Shown here: one piece after another, positions 10,850 through 22,449 of the stretch | Layout: each line of letters starts with the position of its first letter | Numbering within the stretch: position 1 is the stretch's first letter | Source: Obrimoposthia wandeli | Lineage: Eukaryota | Assembly (NCBI GenBank): GCA_977020255.1 | Contig: CDROCS010002233.1 | Coordinates: 186,001 to 250,000 of the forward strand | Length of the DNA: 64,000 nt | Reading direction: 5' to 3' | The notes under the pieces: model-generated | What the model was told of the DNA's origin: nothing | The model's input: the letters and a program-made list of their open reading frames with translations, nothing else | The model's database searches: none | Program-made: the position numbers and the translations under genes

Positions 10850-11530
10850 ATAAATCAAGTATGTGGTAGTGTCCAAACATATATTATTTTTGATGTCAGC
10901 ACGCCTACTTTAAATAAAGTCGAAGTGAATGAGTCTGTGAAAACCAATTTAATTTATAAAATAGATTCATTCAGTAGTTGTAAGAATCTATTTGTTGTTA
11001 GGGTTCAATTTGTTGATGTTGAGAAACTGAAAAGATTTGGTGTATAAGTTGTACGCTCGCCATTATAATGATGAATGTATTACACCCAGTTGTGATAAAC
11101 TAAACAGTTATATTGAAAATTGTTCCGAGCAAAGTAAGGGTTGGGTAGTACAGAGAAAATAGCAAATTAGTAATAAATTCACGGTTTTTCATCTATATCG
11201 GTTTATGTTATATTCCAACACCATCGACCCTGACTTCAAATAGAGTGAGAGTTAATGTACAAAATGATGATGTTGAATGTTTTATATGCAATACTACATG
11301 TTTGCATCATGACGAACTCTCTATACGTTTGAGAAAACGACCATCTTCTTATTATTCCTATTTAAATCAATAAAGGTGATCATCGAAATAGTTTTCGTCT
11401 ATTTGCCATCTTAAGATAAGCATTTACTTTGTTATCATTAGGTGAATAATGATGACCAAATATCAAATCTGTACTTTTGTTTACACCTATTTGATCAATA
11501 AAAGATGGATACACAGATACTTAATCAAAT
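10850..11530 (+). pseudogene. Polinton protein-primed DNA polymerase B ORF, N-terminal region relic
   Basis: Frameshifted IENCSEQSKGWVV...LVINSRF...CYIPTPSTLTSNRVRVNVQNDDVECF resembles the Polinton motif E..GSGW...L.IN.Y.PL.G.SYI.LP...K.AIINV.N.D..CF. Confidence 0.65.
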
Positions 11531-11619
11531 CGGGATAACTTAATAGTTATGAAATCACGCCATAAATCATTAGACTTTTCTTTGAGAAATCAATTTTCTG
11601 TATATTTTATCGTTCCCAA

Positions 11620-12345
11620 TAACTAATTTTTGAACATCACCAACTCACTGTTGGTTTAACTACTTATCCACAACTACAATTACACAACTTAATCGTATAA
11701 AAAGAAGTTTACACACAACTTATACTTCGACGGTGACACGTTTACTTAACAGTTCAATAATATAATAATTTACTCCATCCAAAGATTCTCACTAATCCTT
11801 CCACTCGCGATACGTCACAATTCTTCGGTCGCTTTGTGCTCTCCGATTTGGCGTTATCTTATCCTTTGTGTTGAATCCCCAACTAGTGTCTTCTCAATTA
11901 TATCCGAGGTCTTCTACAAATTATGTGACTCATGTGACTATTCCTGTGCCTTCTAGTAACTTACGTGGCTTTTTGTGACTACTTATGTATACTCTTGTAA
12001 CTTCTGGTTTCTTCGTGATTTCTGTGTCTTGTAACTGATCACTATTTTTGGCTACCAAATTAGTTATTTATATTAAAATAACTTGTTTATGATACGCATA
12101 TTTGACTATTTATTTAGAAGTCTGTTTCAATTTTCAAAACCCTTTTTTAACATAGTTCCTTTGTATTAAACTCACTTTATGACCTCTTCAAGGTCTCAAT
12201 TTATTTCCAAACATATCTTAATTTATTTAAAAACGTAGTTTTATTATCTTATTTTGTTTTAACCTTCAATATTTTGAGGTTAAAATACTTATTATAAATA
12301 AACGCGTTATTTATTTTTATTTTACTTTTCCCTAATCTAATATTT
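11620..12345 (-). mobile_element. Partial LTR, same family as 4027-5050
   Basis: Shared GGTGACAC, ATGACC..AAGGTCTC and CTTTTCC(C)TAATCT blocks. Confidence 0.5.
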
Positions 12346-13737
12346 GTATAATTCTAACTCTTAATGCTCCATTTTAATGAATTTTAATTTGAAATTTGGG
12401 AACTTGTATTTCCCTTTATTTCAAAGATTTCGTGTCCTAGACATTTATTTTTAAACATATATTCCTATAAATGTTAATTATTAATAACTTCATAAATTAT
12501 ATTACTTGTTATCAATATAAAGAAATTTATAAATAATATTATTAGTTATTTTCTGGGACAATTAAAATACGAACAAAACTTCAGCGAAAGATGTTTATTT
12601 AAAGATTCAATATGTTCAAATTTTAAAAGTTTAGCTTTGAAACACTTAATGTACAATCTTTATAGGGATATCTTTTCGGAACGCACTATATTTACATCTG
12701 AATCAAAATATGGGAGCACTGTTGGGATGAGTAAAAAGTTTTACATTTAGTGTTTTATGTGTTATTTAACAATTTTACAGCTTTTATTCACTTTCGATTT
12801 TACGTATTTTTAATGTACATGTTTGGTACAGGGTGAATGGAAATATTTTAGGACATTTGAAATATAAAACTAAGTAACAAAAATTTAACAAGCAAGTTTA
12901 TTTAAACATGCAATATAAAGCACCGCAGATATCACTGATCTGTGTGTTACTGTGATGAGCTTAGGCTCTGATAGAGATTACGATTGTTATTGGTGGCGGT
13001 GTACAGCTGAAGACTCTGCTGTCACTGAGGGATACTGGTGGTGTTGTTCCGGAGAATGTTGGTGGCCTTCTTGGCTCCCTAGACATACCCAGCATACCGA
13101 CAGCAATTGTTCGTTCCTTACGATAAGAATATCTTTACTTCCGTTGCATAAATATTTGAAACTCAACTTCATAAAACATCATACCTATTTTATTGTGTGA
13201 AGCAACGATGTACTATATTACTGATTTCACAAATTGTTTCTGGTGTCATCGGTGAATCCAGCACTTTTTTACTCGCTTCAGAGTGTAGTAAAGGTTTTCT
13301 AGCACCTAATGCATTTATCACTTAAATATAAACTTACATATATTAGTAATTGTGTTTACATTATTTTTTATCCTAACAAATTTGTATAAATCCTTACCTG
13401 TACATATATTGTTCCACGCCTAATTGTTCTGTCTTGCTGTCTGTATACCTATTTGTCTCTTAATATTATTGAACGTTTATTAAACATCTTTCAGGTTGGT
13501 TAGTTGTCTATCCGGGTTTGTGTGTATTCTGTAGGTGGTTAGAGAATCTGATCACTATGTTTAATGTGGTCACTGCTAGTTGTGTTGTGTATTCTGTTTG
13601 ACTTTTAAAGTAGGTTGATATGTCCTGTCTAACAAAATCTTATCAAAATAGTACGATTTTCGAATAAAATATTTTTCATTCAATGACCTTCTCGCATTCA
13701 AAAGTAGTCAAAAAACTTAAGAAAAGCCTATGGATTT

Positions 13738-14520
13738 TCAAATAAATTATTTGAATAAGACGCTCTCATTGGACGATAGAATAGGGTTATTTTGATGTTT
13801 GTTTTTTTTCATTATTTTTTCATAAATCAAAATTCAAAATCAAGAATGCCTTTCTACAACAATATAGATTTGGATGAAGATATGAAGGTTGAGCTGCATG
13901 GGATCTCTCTCCAATACAGCAGCTTGAAACTGATCCCAGTTTGGCTTTTAGATATGTTATTTGATTGCTCCAATTTTAGACGAATAACTATGGAATATTT
14001 CAATACGACTCAATGGATAGTATGCTGATGACAGGAAAATTCAGCTTCTTTGGACTTTGAGTGAAACTAATATGGTGTTTTATATTTGATTTTTTTAATA
14101 AATGTATTGAAATGAATTCAGTCTTGTATTTTGTTTTCCTCTTATAAATTATAAAAATCTGACCTAAACGTATTTTGCACTTTCTGCTATAAAATATATA
14201 AATTTGACCTAGATATTTTAACATACATGTAGTAATTTATTAATATAAAATCTGTTCATTCTTATAAATAGTAATATAAAAGTATTATTTGAAATCTCGT
14301 CTGCCATAAGTCGACGGGGTCAATATGGATTCCCGTGGTCTTCTCTAATCACTTTTGCGATTGGCTGTAAAATTAGAAGTAATACATAAAATGGAGGGAG
14401 TGATTGGACACACATGCACATAGTTTCAATCCACACACATGCATTAAACTTCACTCCACACACATACACGGTTTTAAAGGACAGGGATGGGGTGGATTAG
14501 ACCGAACATATCCACCTACT
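13738..14520 (+). mobile_element. Internally deleted Polinton family A derivative
   Basis: 13738-13990 is homologous to the reverse complement of ~100-800 (inner TIR edge plus MPFYNN ORF). 14400-14520 matches the TIR end and terminates ...ATTAGACCGAACATATCCACCTACT. Confidence 0.7.
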
Positions 14521-14599
14521 CAAAATGAAGAATATTGAGTTTCAAAATATTGTTGCCTTTTAATTTTAGATCACGTTTAAACTTTTAAACTGTTAAATG

Positions 14600-15480
14600 A
14601 AAACGCTGCAGTTATATAGATACACATGCAGTCACACATGGAGAGAGAATGTGTAAGTAAGGAGAATGAAAAGAGTCAAGACAGGTCGGCCATGGCAGCA
14701 GTAGAATCAGTGGGAACTGTAGTGACAATATTTAGCAGACCGAGTAGACGTGCTGCAAATATATCTGCTGTTGTTGTTGCTTGGGTAGAGGCAGATACTT
14801 CATCCAGCAGGGGCATATCGGCAGTAGAGGGAAGTCATAGATAATCTGGAGTCGTTGGTAGCGGTGTAGCGAGATGCAGAATGCATACCTGCACACACAT
14901 AAACACGCAGGTTTTAAGACATGGACGTCAGGTTTCAGCTGTGAGTGGTACTGGTAAAATAGAAGGACTGGTTGACCCGTCGCGGGTAGACGCGGCTGAA
15001 CCACTAGGATCTCGGGAAGGCAACAGTTAAAGAATTCTGGAACATAGACCGTATCTTCAACACACTTCTGTGATCGCGAGAGGGGAGTCATGAAGCGATG
15101 ACAGCGGTAGTAGCATTACGGAAGGGGAAGACAGATAGATAATACGTCCTCAAAATTGCAATACTATGCAGTCGGTAGGTTGTGGGTACGAAAGAGAATA
15201 GTGTTACCCTACTACTGCCGAAGTTTCATATAGCCGAGGGAGAAGGCAGACGAGAGGGGAGAAAAGGTTGGACATCGCGAGGTAGATTTTGCCGTCAATC
15301 GATCCGGGTGGCAACAGACAAGGACGGTTAAGCGATTGTCAGCTGGTCATCGTTGTCGCCATCGGAAAGAAATCCGGGCTGTCCGATCTAGGACTCTCCT
15401 GGGCGAGACTAACTTAGGATAAAATAATCGTTTCTCAAATTCTGCTTTGATCGCAGATCGAATTTTCCGCTTCATGGCCA
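14600..15480 (+). other. GC-rich non-coding island, possibly related to the hammerhead-bearing elements
   Basis: Begins ACACATGCAGTCACACATGGAGAGAG, like the 5' end of the 6700-7320 element. No intact hammerhead core found. Confidence 0.3.
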
Positions 15481-16576
15481 ATCCACCGATCCTCCCTCTT
15501 TTTTATTTATTCATTTATCTTTGGCTTCACAAGTGTTAATTTATTGTTAGGTCATTTTGTCTACTTCTAAATACGTCGATTTATTTATTTTAATTTTAAT
15601 TCACCCGTAATATGTTATTACAGTAGATATAGTCTATAAATATTTGCTCATAAAAATATCGTTGAAATATAAATAATTTGAGGTTTTAAATTTTTTTTAC
15701 CAGATATAATTAATCTTATGGTCTATAAACAAATAAGTTTATGATTTTAACTATTAATTATGAGTCCGTTAGAAAAGAAATCTAATACAAGTACCTGTCA
15801 TTCGGGTATATTTATAAGTTTGACTTAAAGTATAAGCAAAAGCGTAAATATGAACCATGATTACTGTCGAAATGCAAAACAAATTATCTTGTTCGAGGTC
15901 ATAGAAAATCATAGGGGTAATTTAAAAAAATGAATTAAAATGCCCACAGAAAAAAATTTATACATAAAAAAGTGTCGTTTCAGTTATACAAAAATCTTTA
16001 CAGTAAAACAAACTTTAAAATATCAAGTTAATAATATATGCGCAATCCTTCGATATGGAGTACAAATATTATTATACGATAATTTCAACTCGCATATTGG
16101 AATATGTACCCTTAACAAGAGAACAGGTTGACTGCACGTATAGTATGTTACTGTCATAGCTCCCATCTTGTTTTTTTGTATAATCTGATTTTATTTGTGA
16201 GTTTTGTGGAAATTTCCTATTTTTTTCCTATTTTTTCGGTAAATTTTTATATATATAATTTGTAAATACATTTAATACAACATTTTACACTTCACAATTA
16301 CTTAAATAGTGTTGGTCGGAGCATTCAAATCAGTTAACCATATAGAGAATTTAATTATAACAGAGTTAACTATAACGATAGTTTACTGTATTAGAATAGC
16401 TAATAACAATAAAAGGGCTTGTATCAAAATGTATTTAAGCAAGTATTATGCAATAAATGATAGACAAGTAACGTGTTGTATAAAAAGAACACAGATCATA
16501 ACAGAAGAAGTAGAACACATCTCAGCACATCTACAGTCGCCAAGTCGCAATGTGCGGGAGCAGAGAGCCGAGAGCG

Positions 16577-17006
16577 TCAAGTTGCAGCTGCAGTTGGCTT
16601 CACGAGAATGGTGCATTCTGCCAGAGGCTCCTCCACATCCAGTTTGTCTTCCTTGCAATCCTCTTCATCGTCCTCATCACCATCCTCATCTTCTCCTGTT
16701 GCTGCTGCCTCGTCACAGTAGCCGCTCTGTAAAAAATGCGACAACGGGAATAATTGGTCCAGTCTCTTTTTCTTCTTCTGGCGCATCCGCCTCGTTTTCT
16801 GTTGCAGATAATTGCCGGGGAGTGGTAGTGCTGTTGTTGCCACGGTGCTACATCCACTGCTCCCGGCTCCACTGCTGGCCAGTCGCTTTCGCTTTCCGGG
16901 ACCGCAGCTTTTCTTGGCTAACAGCTTCTCTGTGGCCTGGCCCTCCACCATCTGCTTCACTCGATACTCCAGTGTCGAGTGTGGTACACCATAGTGGTTG
17001 CCCGCC
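16577..17006 (-). CDS. E93: E93/Mblk-1-like gene, last coding exon (second half of HTH-psq 2)
   Basis: TTGCAG|G acceptor (phase 2) joins SVHK to AGNHYGVPHSTLEYRVKQ, matching E93/LCoR ...YG(V/I)PHSTLEYKVKE. Basic KRKR/KKKKR and acidic tail follow; stop at 16577. Confidence 0.88.
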
Positions 17007-18189
17007 CTGCAAGTGACCAGCATGCTTATCACCATCAGCTCCTTGTTTGTAAATATCGACAGTAGCGACTTGAAGAACTTTAAATTTTGCTTTTTATGCA
17101 GTATTAATATATAATAATTGTATGATTACATTAAGTAAATATTTAATCTTTTTTTGCAGCTAATGATGTAAATTAATCTCACGTCTTCATTTCTACAAGC
17201 CATCCGGTTACTTCACTAAAGAGACCCACAAATCAAACCCATTATAATTATGAGAAAATGTAGAGCACATTCATGTCCAGTACTTCTACTACCTGAAATA
17301 AAAACACAAGTTTGGATTATCTTTATTTTTAAAGTGTGAAAAAGTTGTAACTATAACAATTTTTTCCTCCTACTAATATTTTATTTCCAAATTTGTTAAA
17401 AACGGAAATTATGATCTCCAAACTTTCAGACCGACTTTATACTTTTAGAAAACTGTAAAAACTTTGTTTCACAGCATGAGTAACATTTTTGGGTGTAAAA
17501 TTGGTTCTTTCGGAAGAATAAAATAGATTTTTTTAACATTCAATTGAAATTTGTAAGAAAAGATTTAGTTTCTCACTTTCTTCACTTTGTTGTTAAATCT
17601 GCGTTTGCCAAAAAATTCGCTCTAAAACTTTTGGTATTGTCTATTACTCTAAGTTGTGAAGATTATTGAACGATCACTCGACGTCACAACTACCTAATTA
17701 ATATTATTAGTTATTTTTTCCGTTGTCTTCATGTAACTTATTTTTGATATTTTAACATATTATCCTTCCATTTCTTATTAGGGCAACAAATCAGCAGCTA
17801 ACATTACACCCTATTGGTCCGTCTGTATTTGGTTGTATTATATCATGGTTTTACTTATAAATTGAAAACTATTCTCTTTCTATTTTTAGATATCATTGTT
17901 ACATTTAAATTTTAAAAATACGCATGTTATTTAAACAATTACTAATTTTTACATATTTAAAGTTTGAAGAAAAAAATTAAAATCTGGATAATTGAATAAT
18001 CAAAATCAGGATAATCGAGGTTTTACTCTATTTAGATATTTTTATATACCAGCCGGTTCCAACACTGGGCCAGTTTCACATATTGTATCACTGATAACTT
18101 ATTAATAGATCGAATATAAATAACCTATTTTCATCTTTTTAGTTGTTAAATTTGTCAGGAAACAAAGTCTTTACGTAAATCTTTCCCTG

Positions 18190-18680
18190 TAAAATCACTG
18201 ACTGTTTTCACTTTAATTTTTAGGAACATTTACAAGTCAAAAAATGTATAAATTATAAAAGGGAAAAAATTTAAATAATTTCAAATAGTTGAGTTTTTTA
18301 AAGGAACTGTTTTTTGTGTGTTGTACAAATATTTTATTAGACTAAACAAAAATGACAAATTAATTTATGTTGACTTATCTGATGCGTATATTTTATAACT
18401 ATTTGCGAGCTGTGATTCCATAAATAACATCAGTTTTTACCTATCATTGCAGTATTTATGGTATATCATGCCCTGAACACTTTAAAAACGTCCTGTTCTC
18501 AATAACTTTGTCTAACTGAATCATAACTGAATAAGTCAGATCATTCTAAATTCAATTTACTGGTGTTAATGATGTTTTATAAGATATGATTTTATGCTAT
18601 CTCTATTTCGTTGTTGAAATACTAATCTTGCAGCTGCGTTTCGAATACTTTGGAGGTGATTCATGTTTTTAATTCACTTT
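18190..18680 (-). mobile_element. L2-clade LINE 3' fragment
   Basis: LQSIRNAAARLVFQQRNRDSI... resembles the L2 ORF2 C-terminus LQLIQNAAARL...DHITP.L..LHWLP. Inverted homologue of 20065-20515. Confidence 0.65.
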
Positions 18681-19024
18681 TTGCAATTCTTGATTACTGA
18701 TAAGTCGATTCGTAATATATTCCATTGTGTTGTTGCTTTTTCTTATTTTCAATTCATCGTTTTGAATAAGATTCAGTTGATAAACGGCTTTAGTTGCTGA
18801 AGATATATCATAAAAGAAACTTATTCATCAGATTAACATGACAGTGTTGTAATCCGTCAATCCATCGGCTACTTCATCTTTAAGAGATATAATTCTCGAA
18901 CCCCAATGTCAGAAAAAACCATTTAAGTAAATTTTAAAAGCATCAGCCGAGTTCCAGGCTCCAATTCTCCCAGGATTGCTTCTATACCACAACCCCTAAA
19001 ATCTTTTCATGGGATGGACTAATT

Positions 19025-20096
19025 ATTTATGGATTCTCGGTTTTTGCTAAGGACGATACACATAGCCACACCTCTGTCCAAAATGCTTTTTAGGATTGTA
19101 GCAACTGTCTCTCCACTCCATGTATGCAATAAATTATTTCTTGAATTCAATTGAAAACGATTCCCTTTTCAGAAAAATGGCAAAAAATTTTGCTTTTATA
19201 ACTTCTTAAAATTGAAACCCATTTTAAATATATTTTATTAAATTATACGCCAATACACTGTGTTTCAACATTAATTGATTTATTTAAACAAACAGATCAA
19301 TTTAAATTGTTTGCATGTATATTCATGTGCTTTAGGATGATGGGAATACTATTAAATAGTCTTCCTAAAATATTTTTACGATTAGGGATGCTATTTGAAA
19401 TAGGATAGTATTTTGAACACGGACACTATTTGGAGTTATCAGTTATGAATTTAAAAAGAAAAAGCTACTTCATAATGGAATACATTACAATTTGAATTAT
19501 TTACATCCAAAAATTAAAACAAAAAGATTCATAACATGAATCAACTCCAAAGTATTCGAAATTTATGGATTCTCGGTTTTTGCTAAGGACGATACACATA
19601 GCCACACCTCTGTCCAAAATGCTTTTTAGGATTGTAGCAACTGTCTCTCCACTCCATGTATGCAATAAATTATTTCTTGAATTCAATTGAAAACGATTCC
19701 CTTTTCAGAAAAATGGCAAAAAATTTTGCTTTTATAACTTCTTAAAATTGAAACCCATTTTAAATATATTTTATTAAATTATACGCCAATACACTGTGTT
19801 TCAACATTAATTGATTTATTTAAACAAACAGATCAATTTAAATTGTTTGCATGTATATTCATGTGCTTTAGGATGATGGGAATACTATTAAATAGTCTTC
19901 CTAAAATATTTTTACGATTAGGGATGCTATTTGAAATAGGATAGTATTTTGAACACGGACACTATTTGGAGTTATCAGTTATGAATTTAAAAAGAAAAAG
20001 CTACTTCATAATGGAATACATTACAATTTGAATTATTTACATCCAAAAATTAAAACAAAAAGATTCATAACATGAATCAACTCCAAAGTATTCGAA
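19025..20096 (+). repeat. Apparently exact 536-bp tandem duplication (19025-19560 / 19561-20096)
   Basis: Both copies start ATTTATGGATTCTCGG and end CCAAAGTATTCGAA; no differences noticed by eye. Confidence 0.9.
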
Positions 20097-20515
20097 ACAC
20101 AGCTGCAAGATTAGTATTTCAACAACGAAATAGAGATAGCATAACATCATATCTTATACAAAATCATTAACTACCAGTAAATTGAATTTAGAATTATCTT
20201 ACTTATTCAGTTAGACAGAGTTATTGAGAACAGGATGATTTTAAAGTGTTCGAGGCATGCTATACCATAAATATTGCCATGATAGTTAAAACTGATGTTA
20301 TTTATGGAATCACAGCTCGTAAATTAGTTATAAAAAATACGTCAACATAAAATAATTTGTCCTTTTTGTTTAGTCTAATTAAATATTTGTACAAAACACA
20401 AAACATTTTTTTTGTTTTTGTTTTAAAAATCAACTATTTGAAATTAATTTAATTTTTTCCCTTTTATAATTTTTATATTTTTGACTAGTAAAAGTCCTAG
20501 AAATTAAAGTAAAAT
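20065..20515 (+). mobile_element. L2-clade LINE 3' fragment
   Basis: LQSIRNTAARLVFQQRNRDSITSYLIQNH*LPVN. Confidence 0.65.
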
Positions 20516-20565
20516 CTGTCTACTGACAGTAGTGAGTAGATGCACTCCGCAAATTAGGAGCTCAC

Positions 20566-20811
20566 TTGTGAACGCTCATTTCGCCGAAACGGACGGCTTC
20601 AATGGCCTTGTTGAGCATCTCGGTGTTGTACTGACGATAGTGACCTCTCTTCTTATGGCGCCCGGTCTCTGTGGTGCCTAGAATACCGGTGCTGCTACCT
20701 GCACCATCGTCACTAAGACAAGCCAGGTTAAAGTCCCGTATTTGACTGTATCCGTGCTGGTTCTCCATTTTCTGCTGTTGCTCCTTTGGGTCGCTGAGAT
20801 GACAGTTATAG
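20566..20811 (-). CDS. E93: E93-like exon containing the first half of HTH-psq 2
   Basis: KKRGHYRQYNTEMLNKAIEAVRFGEMSVHK matches E93 KRG.YRNY....L..AV.AV..GEMSVHR. Donor AA|GTGAG at 20565. Acceptor uncertain: phase-2 ATCAG at 20812; other AGs up to ~20850. Confidence 0.88.
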
Positions 20812-21249
20812 CTGATGTTATTATTATATTGCACAGCTATCTGAAATGCTGAGTATAAAAGAAACAATAAGTGATTTTAAAATATAAAAAACATTAGACC
20901 GTGTCGCTGGGCAAATATGGTTCACAAGATTGCAAATATTTTTTTAAAATTATAACAGGAAAATTTAGTAAAATTTGAAAATAAGAATTTTAAATTTTAT
21001 AAAAATGTAAAATATATAAAAGTAGCATAATTACATTTATTTTTAGAATTATTCAAATTTTATTTTATTTAAAGTTCCATCTTGACATTAGATTTATTTT
21101 CAATTTTCACCAAAACTGCATCAGAAAATTTGACTTATTTTTAAATTATCAATTGATTTTCTTTATGTATTTAAGGCTTCAAACTAAATATATCTACACA
21201 GTGATTTGTGTTTTTAAGTCGCTTTATCACATTTTCAGTTACTTTTTTA

Positions 21250-22350
21250 TCATTTATTAGAAATTGACACAAAATATTTATAATGTGAGTTATTTTTTGA
21301 ATTTAAGCTTGTGTACAAAAAAATTAAGTGGATATGTATCAGTATTTAAACAGTAATAAACAGTAAACATTCTGCCAAAAGATCTCATTTTCTGTGAACA
21401 ATGAAAAATATGGATTTTTAATTTTTCTTTGGATACAGAAATTTGAGGATTGGCTTCAAGATTTCTGAAAATATCATTAACATTTTGGTACATTTGAGAC
21501 ACCAATTTAGTCAACATTACGTTGAACCTCCAAACAGAATGTATAAAATTGCAATCAGACATTTAACTCAAAGAAAAATTGATCGGGTATCCATACTAGA
21601 TTTCTATAAAACCTATTTTCCAGGAAAAATATTTCACGCTCCATCATCATGCCGTATTCCTGCTATATCTTTGTTAGGGTCAAGAAATGGACTAATAAAG
21701 TTTGAAAAATGAAATAAAATTAGGTATATTTATATTCCTGACCAAGGACATGTTAGTATTAAGAAAAATAAATCATTTTAAATATTGTAGAAAAAAGAGT
21801 GTTTGATGAACTCTAAAATATTAATAGAGGAATTCTGTAAGTCTGAGAAACTGCAGTAAACTGATTTGCTGAAACAACACTGAAGGAAACTAGAGCAAGG
21901 ATTTCCCTCACAATGGTACCTGAAATTATACCTTTCCACGAGTTAATTTAGCAACCAAAGTTTGGATTTGGAACATGAGTCCAATTTAAAAATATATATT
22001 TCAAATTATTTTATTCTCTAAATTTACCTAGAATTTATTAATTTCTATAGGAGCCCGACGTATTCGGTGTAATAGCGTACGAGCAATAACCACAGAGGTT
22101 GAAATTCTCCAAAAAATACATGTGCGTTGCATTAAAGTGATCCTTTAAGGAGAAGTCCATATGCTGACGGCCATATCCTCCCTCAAATTTGAGACAGAAT
22201 CAGGGAAGGCCTTACATGCAAATTTTATGTGTTTAAGAACTCATTAGTTAGAGGCTTCCATAAGAAGTGTAACACCACTAGCCTCAATAACTTTATAGCA
22301 GTAATTCAGTAATACAGAAACAACATTTTGAAGAAACGTCATCGCTATAC
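21250..22350 (-). mobile_element. Possible DNA-transposon relic (unclassified)
   Basis: Disrupted reading-frame fragments with a weak C.GQ motif near 21745; family not certain. Confidence 0.2.
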
Positions 22351-22449
22351 TTTCGCCAATTTTATTTAATATATGGTTTAATTATAAAGAAAATTCTTAA
22401 TTATTTAATCTTTTGTTTCATTTGTCAAATATCTCAATTATCAACAAAT

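Noticed and set aside
13644-13660. CAAAAT|AGTAC as left TSD and terminus for the element ending at 14520|CAAAAT
   Set aside because: The 6-mer matches but the following sequence is not the AGTAGGTGG TIR; likely chance in AT-rich DNA.
15370-15425. Third hammerhead (GGGCGAGACTAACTTAGG)
   Set aside because: No CUGANGA box and GAGAC instead of GAAAC; too degenerate to call.
16300-16994. Plus-strand ORFs overlapping E93 exons (also 28185-28430, 29354-29641)
   Set aside because: Antisense shadows of GC-rich coding exons.
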